A stretch of DNA of 64,000 nt, from the NCBI GenBank assembly GCA_947490345.1, contig CANLGL010000005.1, positions 50,314 through 114,313 of the forward strand, read 5' to 3'. Positions 27,511 through 36,393 of this stretch are shown here, piece by piece; positions within the stretch are counted from its first letter, which is position 1, and each line of letters begins with the position of its first letter. Below the pieces are notes generated by a model. That model was not told the DNA's origin and searched no databases. It saw only the letters and a list, made by a program, of their open reading frames with translations. Made by a program: the position numbers and the translations under genes. The DNA is from Deltaproteobacteria bacterium (GTDB lineage: Bacteria; Myxococcota_A; UBA796; SXON01).

Positions 27511-30036
27511 TCAGAGGCCGAGGTCAGCGTCGACGGTCACGAAGCCATTTTCAGGGCCGTCGATCTTCAAGCCATCAATGGTGATGCTGAAGCCGCCGAT
27601 TTCAGGGAGCGGTATCTCGCCGAGCGCGCCCGTCAGCGCCGGGAGCAAAAGCGGCACGAGCGCTTCGAGGAGGTCCTCGGTGTCGCGGCTGGCGACGGTG
27701 TTCGCCTCGGGCATGGTCACATCGAACCAGACGTCAGGCGTGCCGATGGTCGGGGCCAGATTGCCATCGACGACCGCGAGGTCCATCCCCGCTACGAGGC
27801 TGACGTAGACGCGCAGACGGAGGTTTTCGTCGCTCGGCGCGCCGTCATAAAGTGAGAGTTCCAGATCGCCGATCTGGAGGTCGAGCATCGACGTTCCGGT
27901 TCCCGGGACCACCACCGGCGGCAAGAGCGGCGTGGTGGTGATGCGCAGGTCGGTGATGCCGAGGAGGCTGCCGAAGGTGCCGAGATCGAGGCCGAGATCG
28001 AGACCGTCCATCTCCTGGTCCAGCACGCCGGCGCCCCAGAAGGCGTAGAGCGCCTGGTTCAGGAAGTCTTCGCCGATGGACACCTGGAAGTCGGGCGACG
28101 ATGATGCGTAGATGGGCAGGGAGTAGTTGCCAAACAGCGAACCGAGGCCGGTCTCGTCATGAAGCCAGGTTTCCGGGTACACCTGGGTGCCCAAGCCGAG
28201 GGTCAGACCATAGTCGTCCACGCTCGTCGAGAAGGGCTCGGCCGAAAGCACGACCGTCGCCGCACCGAGCGCGAAGCTCGTGGCAATCTCCAGGGCGCCG
28301 ACAGCATCGGCCACGGCGGCCGGGATCTCGTCGGCGATGGCCGACTCCAGCGCATCTTCCATCGCACTCTGGACCAGGCTCGAGAGGTCGAGTCCGAAGA
28401 AGCTCATGACGTCGTAGAGCCAACTGTCCCAATCGAAGGTGAAGTTTGTCGAGGTGACGTCGGTGTTCGCGACCGTCAGCCCGAGCTCGCCCCCAGAGAC
28501 GTAGGGGTAAAGGTCCATGTTCGCCGTGATATCGTCGGCGTAGATGCTGCCGTTGGCGCTCAAACCGATGCCGATGACCGTGCCGTCGGCCTCCCATTCG
28601 AGGTAGGGGTCGAGCACCTGGAAGGTGGTGTCGAGATAGCCGCCAGCGTTGGGATCAATCTCGAGGTCGGTGGCCCCGATCGATGGGTTCCAGATGTAGA
28701 GTTCGAGCGAGTACCAGGTGATGCAGACTTCGAAAAAGATGAAATCAATGCAGGACTCGGACTCCATGCTGACCACCGGATTCGGCACCAGCGCGGTGAG
28801 GTCCGTGCCGTCGATAAGCCCTTCGCCGAGGCTCTCCAGGGTATCGAAGCCATCTTCGTTGATGCGGGCGACGATGCCGTTGCCGACTTGTGTTGCATTG
28901 GGTTGGAAGGCGCCGTCCAACACACTGCGAGTGTCGTTGGCGCCGTTGCCATCGCTGTCCTCGACGATGGTCTCGACGATGTTGAGCCCGAACTCGTAGT
29001 CGAGCGTGTGGGTGAAGCTGCCATCCCCGTTGACCGTGACCGGATCCCCGTTGACGGTCATCGGCCCAATCGTGCTCCATTCGTCGCTGACCGAGCCCCA
29101 CATCAGCGCGCTGGTGTTGACCTCCCAATCTCCGCGTTCGGGCTCGATGATTTCGAGATCGGGGCCGGTGCTGTCGATCAGGAAAGGGCCGACGTCCGCG
29201 GTCAGGTCCTCGAAGGTCGCGGTGACGGTGTACCAGCCCTCGTCCACGAAGGTGACGTTGGGACCGGCGACGACCGCCTCGGCCGCCCCGCCAGTGACGA
29301 CGAAGGGAGCGCGCGCGTCGAGAATGTTGCCGTAGTCGTCGCGCACCAGCGCCGTGACGATGGCGGAGTCGTACACCTCCAGCGAGGTGTCACTCAACGA
29401 CAGGTCGATGACCGCGGCCGGGCCCGGGACGATACGGAACTGTTCGCGGTCGGCGACCGCATCGACCGTCGCCGTCAGCACGTACACACCGGCGACACCC
29501 GACGACACCCGCGGCTCGGCCACGACTACCTGGGTGCTGTCGGCCGCGACCACGATGTGCTCCCGCAGGATCGGGTTCTTGAAGCGGTCGGCAGCCGCGA
29601 CGGTCCACGTCAACGACTCACCGGCTCCGGCCTGAATCCCGCTGAGCTGGAGGTCGACCGACTCGGCAACGTCCGGCACCACCGTGACCCACAGGTTGTC
29701 GTAGTACTGGCGCCCGTCCCACACCGTCGTCCCACTGAGCAGATGGACCGCAGCGACGGTCGGCATCAGCGTTCCGGAGCCGGCCGTTGCCCAAGTCTGA
29801 TTCAGCGAGCCGAGGTGATCAGACACAAAATCGACAGGCACCACCACCGTTGTGCCATCATCAAAGTGAAGCTGGGCGCTCCAGTCGATGCGGGTGCCGG
29901 CAACCAGGGTGTCGGCGCTCACGAGAACCTCAAGCCCCAGCGGCTTCGCCGCCTCCACCGCGGTCTGCGATTCACAGGCCGCGAGCACGAGGATCGGCCC
30001 GAGAGCGAGAAACCGACCGAACAAGAGGGTACGCAT
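27511..30036 (-). CDS. large lipoprotein with Ig-like repeats and a C-terminal domain of unknown function
   Basis: From ATG 30036 the product is MRTLLFGRFLALGPILVLAAC, which has a lipobox. Repeated about 90-aa beta-rich modules follow. The stop lies 2 nt before the S9 peptidase ATG. Confidence 0.75.
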   Translation of the reverse strand: MRTLLFGRFLALGPILVLAACESQTAVEAAKPLGLEVLVSADTLVAGTRIDWSAQLHFDDGTTVVVPVDFVSDHLGSLNQTWATAGSGTLMPTVAAVHLLSGTTVWDGRQYYDNLWVTVVPDVAESVDLQLSGIQAGAGESLTWTVAAADRFKNPILREHIVVAADSTQVVVAEPRVSSGVAGVYVLTATVDAVADREQFRIVPGPAAVIDLSLSDTSLEVYDSAIVTALVRDDYGNILDARAPFVVTGGAAEAVVAGPNVTFVDEGWYTVTATFEDLTADVGPFLIDSTGPDLEIIEPERGDWEVNTSALMWGSVSDEWSTIGPMTVNGDPVTVNGDGSFTHTLDYEFGLNIVETIVEDSDGNGANDTRSVLDGAFQPNATQVGNGIVARINEDGFDTLESLGEGLIDGTDLTALVPNPVVSMESESCIDFIFFEVCITWYSLELYIWNPSIGATDLEIDPNAGGYLDTTFQVLDPYLEWEADGTVIGIGLSANGSIYADDITANMDLYPYVSGGELGLTVANTDVTSTNFTFDWDSWLYDVMSFFGLDLSSLVQSAMEDALESAIADEIPAAVADAVGALEIATSFALGAATVVLSAEPFSTSVDDYGLTLGLGTQVYPETWLHDETGLGSLFGNYSLPIYASSSPDFQVSIGEDFLNQALYAFWGAGVLDQEMDGLDLGLDLGTFGSLLGITDLRITTTPLLPPVVVPGTGTSMLDLQIGDLELSLYDGAPSDENLRLRVYVSLVAGMDLAVVDGNLAPTIGTPDVWFDVTMPEANTVASRDTEDLLEALVPLLLPALTGALGEIPLPEIGGFSITIDGLKIDGPENGFVTVDADLGL

Positions 30037-30083
30037 GATGCCGCCAGTGTCCCATATATCTCCGTCGATGAATAGAGGCGCGC

Positions 30084-31691
30084 GTGCCCGTTTTTCCGCG
30101 AACGATCCCCCCCGCGTACGCCGACTGGCTCGCCGAAGCCGGGTCGTCCGGACTGCGCCACGCGGTGGCCGAAGCGGTGGGCGACGCCGACGCGCGTTGG
30201 CGACACACGGGCCTGCCCCTTTTCGACCCGGCCTTTCGCGGGGGGCCGACGCTTCCCCCCTCACCGCAGCCAGGCGCCTTGTACGCCGCAATGCACCCGA
30301 TGGCGCGCGCGCAGGGGGTGTTCTACACGCCGGGGCTCATCGCTGACGGCGTGGTGGAGTTGGCGTGGGACGGCGAGGGGCCCGTGTGCGACCCCGCATG
30401 CGGGGCGGGGGCCTTCCTGCTCGCCGCGCTGCGACGGGTACCGGCGCGGAAGCGTGCTGAGTTCGCACGAACATGCCTCTTTGGCGCCGATATCGACCCG
30501 CTCGCAGTGATGCTCGCGCAAGCGTGCATCACGATGGGTGCCGGGCTGGATCGGGGAGGCGTCGCCGCGCTCACCCGAAACGTGCGCGTGCGAAGCTCCT
30601 TGACCGAACCGCCGGCCCCGGTCCGCACCATCCTCACCAATCCGCCCTTCCTCAACCGACTGCGCTCCCTCACCGCGCCCGACGCGGCCCTCGCCGCCTC
30701 CCTTCGCGCCCGTCATGGCGCCGCTCTCGGGGCCTACACCGACGTCAGCGTCGTCTTCCTGCTGGACGCGTTGCGCGCCGCGGAGACCGTTGGCATCGTG
30801 CTTCCAGCGAGCGTGTGTGCGACCCGGGACGCACAGGCGGCGCGCGAGCGGGCGGGCCGGCCCACCTTTGCGTGGACGCTGCCGCCGGGGTCCTTTCCAG
30901 GGGTGGGGGTGCCGCTGGTCGCCCTCGGCTTCGGACCGGCGACGGTGTCGACGACAGCACGATTCTCTGGGGTGCCGGCCCGCGCGGAAGCGGCGGCTTC
31001 GGGGGCCTGGAGCGAGCTGCTCGTCAGCGACCGCTCCCCGCCGTGGGCCCCGCCGGACGGCGTACGAAAGTTGGGGGATGTCGCCACGATCGAGGCGGAC
31101 TTCCGCGACGAATACTACGCCTTGCGCGACCATGTCTCCGAGGGCGGCGACGGCGTTCGCCTCATCACCAGCGGGGGCATCGCGCTAGGCCGGATGCGCT
31201 GGGGCGAGCGGCCGGCGCGCATCCACAAGGCGGCGTGGCTGTGCCCCACGGTGCAGGGGCGGCACCTGCATCCGCGTCAGGCCGCGCGCGTCGGCCCGCG
31301 ACTATTTGTCGCGACGCAGACTCGCGTTTTGGAGGCGGCGGCCGACGCCGCGGGCGCCTACGTCGGGCTAACCCCGGTGCTGACGGTCCTCCCCGGCGAG
31401 TGGGGCCTGCCCGCGCTCCTGGCGGTGCTCCTCTCGCCAGCGGCAAGCGCATGGGCGCGGCGCCGGAGCGTCGGAGCGGGGCTCACCCTGTCGGTCCTGA
31501 AGCTGAGCGCGGCACAGCTCCGGGAACTCCCGCTGCCGGAGGTGGTGCCCGGGGCGGCCGTCGCTGCGGCCCAACGCGTGATCGATGGGCACACCGATGC
31601 TCTTGACGAGCTGGCCGTCGTGATGACCCAGGCATACGGCGCTCCGGAAGAGGTGTTGGCGTGGTGGCGGCGAGAGGCGGGGCGCACGTGA
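30084..31691 (+). CDS. N6-adenine DNA methyltransferase (Eco57I/TaqI-like gamma class) with TaqI-like C-terminal specificity domain
   Basis: GVFYTPGLIADGVV, motif I VCDPACGAGAFL and motif IV TNPPF, with LGDVATIEADFRDEYY in the C-terminal half. Confidence 0.8.
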   Translation: MPVFPRTIPPAYADWLAEAGSSGLRHAVAEAVGDADARWRHTGLPLFDPAFRGGPTLPPSPQPGALYAAMHPMARAQGVFYTPGLIADGVVELAWDGEGPVCDPACGAGAFLLAALRRVPARKRAEFARTCLFGADIDPLAVMLAQACITMGAGLDRGGVAALTRNVRVRSSLTEPPAPVRTILTNPPFLNRLRSLTAPDAALAASLRARHGAALGAYTDVSVVFLLDALRAAETVGIVLPASVCATRDAQAARERAGRPTFAWTLPPGSFPGVGVPLVALGFGPATVSTTARFSGVPARAEAAASGAWSELLVSDRSPPWAPPDGVRKLGDVATIEADFRDEYYALRDHVSEGGDGVRLITSGGIALGRMRWGERPARIHKAAWLCPTVQGRHLHPRQAARVGPRLFVATQTRVLEAAADAAGAYVGLTPVLTVLPGEWGLPALLAVLLSPAASAWARRRSVGAGLTLSVLKLSAAQLRELPLPEVVPGAAVAAAQRVIDGHTDALDELAVVMTQAYGAPEEVLAWWRREAGRT

Positions 31692-31706
31692 GCCAGACCC
31701 TGGTCC

Positions 31707-32609
31707 TCAGCGTGCGGCGGCGGCGGTCGCCGCGACCTCCACCAGATGGGCCAGGAGCGCGCCAGCCGCCGCAGAGCGCGTCCGCCCGACCGGCGTGAGC
31801 GCCCAGAAGGGGGCGCGGTCAGGAAGCGCGCCGCGGAGCACCTCTACAAGCTCGCCGCGATCGAGCTCTCCGCGGCACGTCAGCTCCAAGAGCGGGGCGA
31901 TCCCGAGGCCGTCGACGGCGGCGCGCCGTGCGGTCTCCAAACTGTTGGCGCGGATTCGGTTGCGCAGGTGCACGCGGACGTAGGACTCCCCGCCCTGCAC
32001 GCGACGAATGGCGTTCGGCGCCCAGGGGTCCATGCAGATGCCGTCGTGTATCGCGAGCTCCTCCGCAGCCATCGGGGTGCCGCGGCGGGCGAGGTAGGCG
32101 GGGCTGGCGGCGAGCAGGATCCTCGAGTCATACAGCTTCTGGGCTCTGAACTCCGCAGAGTCGGGGGACGGACCGCCGCGCAGCGCGACGTCGATTTGCG
32201 CCGACACGAGGTCGACCCGCTCCAGGGTGTGGGTGAGCTCCAAGTCAACGTCGGGGTGGGCGCGTAAAAAGCCAGACAACATTGCCCAAATCACGCCGCC
32301 GTCATCGGGAGGTGCGGTCACACGGAGGGTTCCGGACGGCGCATGCCGCGTGCCGAGGGCGGCGCGCACCGCGTCCTCCAGGAGCGCCGGGATGCGCGAG
32401 GTGTGTTCATAGAAACAGCGCCCGGCCTCCGTCAGACCAACACTGCGCGTGGTGCGATGAAGCAGCGTGAAGCCGAGCTGCTCTTCGAGGCGCGCGACGC
32501 GGCGGCTCACCGCCGAGCCGGGGAGGCCCAGCTCCCGCCCGGCGGAGCTGAACCCCGCGAGTCGGACCACCGCGGTGAACACGGCGACATCATTGAGGTC
32601 GTGGCGCAT
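31707..32609 (-). CDS. LysR family transcriptional regulator
   Basis: MRHDLNDVAVFTAVVRLAGFSSAGRELGLPGSAVSRRVARLEEQLG is a wHTH, followed by a LysR substrate-binding domain. Confidence 0.9.
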   Translation of the reverse strand: MRHDLNDVAVFTAVVRLAGFSSAGRELGLPGSAVSRRVARLEEQLGFTLLHRTTRSVGLTEAGRCFYEHTSRIPALLEDAVRAALGTRHAPSGTLRVTAPPDDGGVIWAMLSGFLRAHPDVDLELTHTLERVDLVSAQIDVALRGGPSPDSAEFRAQKLYDSRILLAASPAYLARRGTPMAAEELAIHDGICMDPWAPNAIRRVQGGESYVRVHLRNRIRANSLETARRAAVDGLGIAPLLELTCRGELDRGELVEVLRGALPDRAPFWALTPVGRTRSAAAGALLAHLVEVAATAAAAR

Positions 32610-32725
32610 CGGGCTCCAGCCGCCCCACCGATATCAATCCGGCATGACTGCGCGAACGATGATGGCCATTTTCGACACCGCTCCCGCCCCATAGGATGCG
32701 AGTGTCCCCCAACCCGGAGCGTCTG

Positions 32726-33184
32726 ATGTCAACGACCCCCCTCGCCGAAACCACCCGGACCACCTTCCGCATGAGCACGTCGGTCACCGTCGACATCGAC
32801 GCCAGCGCTGCCACCGTGTGGGCCCTGCTCACCGACCCCGCCCGCCAGCGGGAATGGAACTCCACGCTCACCAGCATCCAGGGCGAAATCCGCGAGGGCG
32901 GCACCGTCGAGCTGGTCGCCGTCGCGTCGCCGGGCCGGACGTTCAAGCTCAAGGTCGGCGACATCGTCCCCAACAGCCAGATGGTGTGGTCGGACGGGTT
33001 TGCGCCGATGTTCCGGGGGGTGCGCACCTTTCGGCTGACCGACCTCGGAGGCGGTCGCACGCGCTTTGCGATGGACGAAGCGTTCGCCGGGTTGATGTTG
33101 CCGATGATCGCGGGCAGCCTGCCCGAGTTCGCGCCGATTTTCGCGACCTACGCCGCCGATCTCGCGCGAGCCGCGGAGGGGTGA
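32726..33184 (+). CDS. SRPBCC domain protein
   Basis: ATG 32726 with GGAG 7 nt upstream. SVTVDIDASAATVWALLTDPARQREWN is the typical SRPBCC N-terminal pattern. Divergent from the LysR gene. Confidence 0.75.
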   Translation: MSTTPLAETTRTTFRMSTSVTVDIDASAATVWALLTDPARQREWNSTLTSIQGEIREGGTVELVAVASPGRTFKLKVGDIVPNSQMVWSDGFAPMFRGVRTFRLTDLGGGRTRFAMDEAFAGLMLPMIAGSLPEFAPIFATYAADLARAAEG

Positions 33185-33208
33185 GCCGCCACTGCGGAGC
33201 GGCCCCGC

Positions 33209-34126
33209 TCACCTCCCCCGCTCCTCCGCGCAGAAGAGCACGCGCGTGGCGCCGGTCCTCGCACTCGACGGGGAGCTGCAAACGCCACCGTCAGCCAACT
33301 CGATCGGGATCGGCGCCGACCAGCCGCCCCCGTCGGTCCGTCGTAACTCAACTGCCTGCGCCCGCCCCGCTTCGACGCGCTGAGCGGTCAGCAGCACGGT
33401 GTCGCCCTCACGACGCACATGCGGAACGGTGAGGCCCGCCACCACCGACACCAGGCCCGCCCCAGAGGTGGCCACCACCTCATGATGGTCCCGCGTCAGG
33501 AACACCTCCCATGCCTCGCCCTGGTACACCGGCGACGGGTCCACGAGCCCCTTCCCCTCGACCATCACTTCGGCCCGGCCGAAGCCCGAGCCGGTCCAGT
33601 GGGTGCGCACCACTTGCGATGGCCGACTCCCCTGGGCGGGGTCGCCGGTGCCATCGACCTGGACGAACCACAGCTCGCGGCCGGTCGGTCCCAGGACCAG
33701 CGCCGGGTCGATGAGCGAGTGGCCCGGGGCGTCGACCGGCCAGGCGTGGGCGCTCCAAGTCCGCAGGTCCGTCGACTCCAACACCACCACGAAGAGCTGG
33801 GGGAACCACTCCGCAAGCGCGCTGGGAACGAGCTGATGGGACAGTCCCGAAAGAAAGACGGTGTCACCCTCGGCATAAGCGTCAAGGCTGGTGAGCGAGC
33901 GGATCGGGAGCGTCGCGCCAAGCCAGCGGTCCTTCCCTTCGGTGTAGGCGCGCACTTCCCCCGCGTCCTCCGCCGTCAACGTGGCCGCCGCCACGTCCGC
34001 ATCCGAAGGCGCCCGCGCGCAGGCGAGCAGGAGCGCGACCACCGTCAGAACGTCGGCTGCCGAATCGGCAGCAGCGGAAGCTCGCCGGGGTCCTTGCCCA
34101 GCTCGATGAGGGTCGCCTCCAACCAA
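33209..34126 (-). CDS. hypothetical lipoprotein, beta-propeller-like (Asp-box-like STDLRTW)
   Basis: VVALLLAC lipobox context. The start is uncertain: ATG 34126 overlaps the upstream gene by 82 nt, and internal GTG alternatives exist. Confidence 0.55.
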   Translation of the reverse strand: MVGGDPHRAGQGPRRASAAADSAADVLTVVALLLACARAPSDADVAAATLTAEDAGEVRAYTEGKDRWLGATLPIRSLTSLDAYAEGDTVFLSGLSHQLVPSALAEWFPQLFVVVLESTDLRTWSAHAWPVDAPGHSLIDPALVLGPTGRELWFVQVDGTGDPAQGSRPSQVVRTHWTGSGFGRAEVMVEGKGLVDPSPVYQGEAWEVFLTRDHHEVVATSGAGLVSVVAGLTVPHVRREGDTVLLTAQRVEAGRAQAVELRRTDGGGWSAPIPIELADGGVCSSPSSARTGATRVLFCAEERGR

Positions 34127-35286
34127 GCTCGCAGCTCCTCCATCCCGATCGGGTAGGGCGACAGTTCAGGCATGGGGTCGAAGGCCACCGCGAGGAAGTC
34201 CCCAGCCCCCGCCTTGAGCTTTTCGCGCGCGTCCGCGAGGTAGCGGTCGCGGTCCCGCGGGCGGAGCAGATCGACCTTGTTCACCAGCGCCAGCACCGGC
34301 TTTCCGCTGGCGACGCAGGCCCGATAGTCGGCCAACTCTCTTGCTTGAACACCACCTTCTGCGTTGACAACGTACAAGTATACGTCGATGTGGGCGAGCA
34401 CCTCTTTCGCTTCGTCGGTGATCGCCTGCACCACGTCGCCCAAGCCCGGCGTGTTCACCACATAGAGCGCCGTGGCGCCCGGTACGCGCTGGATGTTGAC
34501 CCGCTTGGTGCTACCAGCGACGGGGGAGATGTTGCCGGAGTCGACCCCGAAGAGCGCACGAATACCGGCGTCCTTGCCCGTCGACGGGCTCCCGACAAAA
34601 CCGATGGTGATCCGCCGCACGACCACCTGCCGCAGCCGCGCGACGTGCAGGACCACCGCCTCCAGCCGCGCCGGATCGGCCCTGAACGTCCACGCGAACG
34701 TCGACAGCGCCAGCACCATCAAGATCGGCTGCAAAACGCACGCAAGCCCCGGAATCGCGGCCAGAACGAGCAACAGCGGCAAGCGCGAGGGTTTGAACAC
34801 GCCCGTGCGCGCCTGAGTCATGACGTACCCGAACGCCCGCCCCAGTTGCGACTGCGCTTCTGTCATCGCGTCGGCGCCTGCTTCCGGAGGGCTTCCCGCG
34901 AGTCCCAGGCTGGTCCACAAGGCCTCGCGTTCCCCCACTGCCAGCGCACCCCACCGCACCGCCTGAACCTCGCGCACGATGCGGAGTTCTGCCTCCTCCA
35001 CCTCGTCGTAGCCGACCAGCCGCTGGCCGGTCATGGTCGCCAGCACCTCAGTCCAGGGGGGGCCGTCACCGCGGCCGAACATCGCGTTGACGAGACCGTG
35101 GCGTGCCAGGCGTCGCGTGGCCCGCGCGAGATTGCGCGCCAACAAGCCCAGGCCGACCCCCGCCTCCTTCACGGCGACCAGCTCGGCCAGCGGGAGCAGT
35201 TCGTCCCGATGGCACCGGAGAAAAAGCCGCTCCAAGGGATCGGTGATGCGGTCGAGCGCGACCCCGCTGCCTCGATCCGCAGCCAC
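34045..35286 (-). CDS. membrane-associated GTPase (N-terminal helical domain, TM segment, C-terminal GTPase domain) with atypical Mg-site motifs
   Basis: G1 is GFVGSPSTGKDAG, G3 is VVNTPGLGD and G4 is NKVD. A hydrophobic segment, LPLLLVLAAIPGLACVLQPILMVLAL, is present. The ATG lies 3 nt after the upstream stop. Confidence 0.75.
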   Translation of the reverse strand: MAADRGSGVALDRITDPLERLFLRCHRDELLPLAELVAVKEAGVGLGLLARNLARATRRLARHGLVNAMFGRGDGPPWTEVLATMTGQRLVGYDEVEEAELRIVREVQAVRWGALAVGEREALWTSLGLAGSPPEAGADAMTEAQSQLGRAFGYVMTQARTGVFKPSRLPLLLVLAAIPGLACVLQPILMVLALSTFAWTFRADPARLEAVVLHVARLRQVVVRRITIGFVGSPSTGKDAGIRALFGVDSGNISPVAGSTKRVNIQRVPGATALYVVNTPGLGDVVQAITDEAKEVLAHIDVYLYVVNAEGGVQARELADYRACVASGKPVLALVNKVDLLRPRDRDRYLADAREKLKAGAGDFLAVAFDPMPELSPYPIGMEELRAWLEATLIELGKDPGELPLLPIRQPTF

Positions 35287-35289
35287 CGG

Positions 35290-36393
35290 CTAGCCCGGGC
35301 CGACGAGGGTCGGCTTTTTTCCCTTCCACCCCATCGCCGCGATGTCGAACACGCCTCGGAGCGCGGCCCCATCGAGCTTCCGGCCGCTCTGGATCCAGGC
35401 CAGGGTCGCTTTGCCAACGCCGTAGGTGGACGCCCCGGCGATCGTCGCCGAGACCGCGAGGATCAGCCCTTCGGCGAGCTGTCCGCCCGGAAGCATCCCC
35501 GCCGTCTTGGCCCCCTCCATCGCCCAGCGGGCGAACCCGCGCATCCCGCCCGCCAGCAGCTCCGCGAGGATGAAGGCCACCATGTCCCGGTCGAGCGACT
35601 GCCCGTGCACCTCGGCGATGTCGCGGATGAGCTTGACCTGGATCGCGGTCACTGCGGCGAGATCGGCGCCCGGAATGGGAATGGCCCCGGCGACGCTCGC
35701 CATACGCGCCGCCGCCTGGATGATCGGCTCGCAGGCCGCGGCCTTGTTCCGCAGGTGTTTGGCGAAGAGCAGCGCCTTGCCAGAGGTGGCCAGGTGATCC
35801 CCAATCCAGCGAATGACGTATTCGACACCGATGGGCTCGGGCGCGAGCTGTGGGAGCGGGTCAAAGGAGGTGATCACCGCGTCTTTGGGGTCGACACCGA
35901 GTTGGGCGAGCGTGGCCGCAATGAAGCCCTCGCGCTCCTTGGTCCGGATCAGATCGATCTTGTTGAGGCAGACCAACACGGGCCGATCGAGGGAACGAAT
36001 GGCGTCGAGGTCACGACGCTCATCGATGGTGGCGCCGCCTTCGCAGTTGACGACGTAGACCACGATGTCGAGGGAATCCATGACCTCGCGCACCGAGGCG
36101 TCCACCCGCTCACGGACGTCGCCGAAGCCTGGCGCATTGACCAGAAGGACCTGGCCGGCGGGGTCGAGCTTGACCACCCGCAGCGCGCTGGTGGAGCCGG
36201 GGATGGGGCTGACCTCGCCGAAGTCCAGCCCGAAGAGCGCGCGAATGGCGCTGTCCTTGCCGGACGAGGCCGACCCCAAAAACGCCACCACCAGGTGCTG
36301 CTTGAGCGCGGTGGTGAGCGCCTCCTCGGTGCCCGTCCACGCGTCGAGGGCGGCACTACGCACGGTGAGCGCCCACTTTTCGTCTTCCGCCAT
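35290..36393 (-). CDS. GTPase fused to DUF697-like membrane domain, atypical Mg-site motifs
   Basis: G1 is AFLGSASSGKDSA, G3 is LLVNAPGFGD and G4 is NKID. The C-terminal AIPIPGADLAAVTAIQVKLIRDIAEVHG is typical of DUF697/YcjF-like domains. TGATG overlap with the upstream gene. Confidence 0.8.
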   Translation of the reverse strand: MAEDEKWALTVRSAALDAWTGTEEALTTALKQHLVVAFLGSASSGKDSAIRALFGLDFGEVSPIPGSTSALRVVKLDPAGQVLLVNAPGFGDVRERVDASVREVMDSLDIVVYVVNCEGGATIDERRDLDAIRSLDRPVLVCLNKIDLIRTKEREGFIAATLAQLGVDPKDAVITSFDPLPQLAPEPIGVEYVIRWIGDHLATSGKALLFAKHLRNKAAACEPIIQAAARMASVAGAIPIPGADLAAVTAIQVKLIRDIAEVHGQSLDRDMVAFILAELLAGGMRGFARWAMEGAKTAGMLPGGQLAEGLILAVSATIAGASTYGVGKATLAWIQSGRKLDGAALRGVFDIAAMGWKGKKPTLVGPG

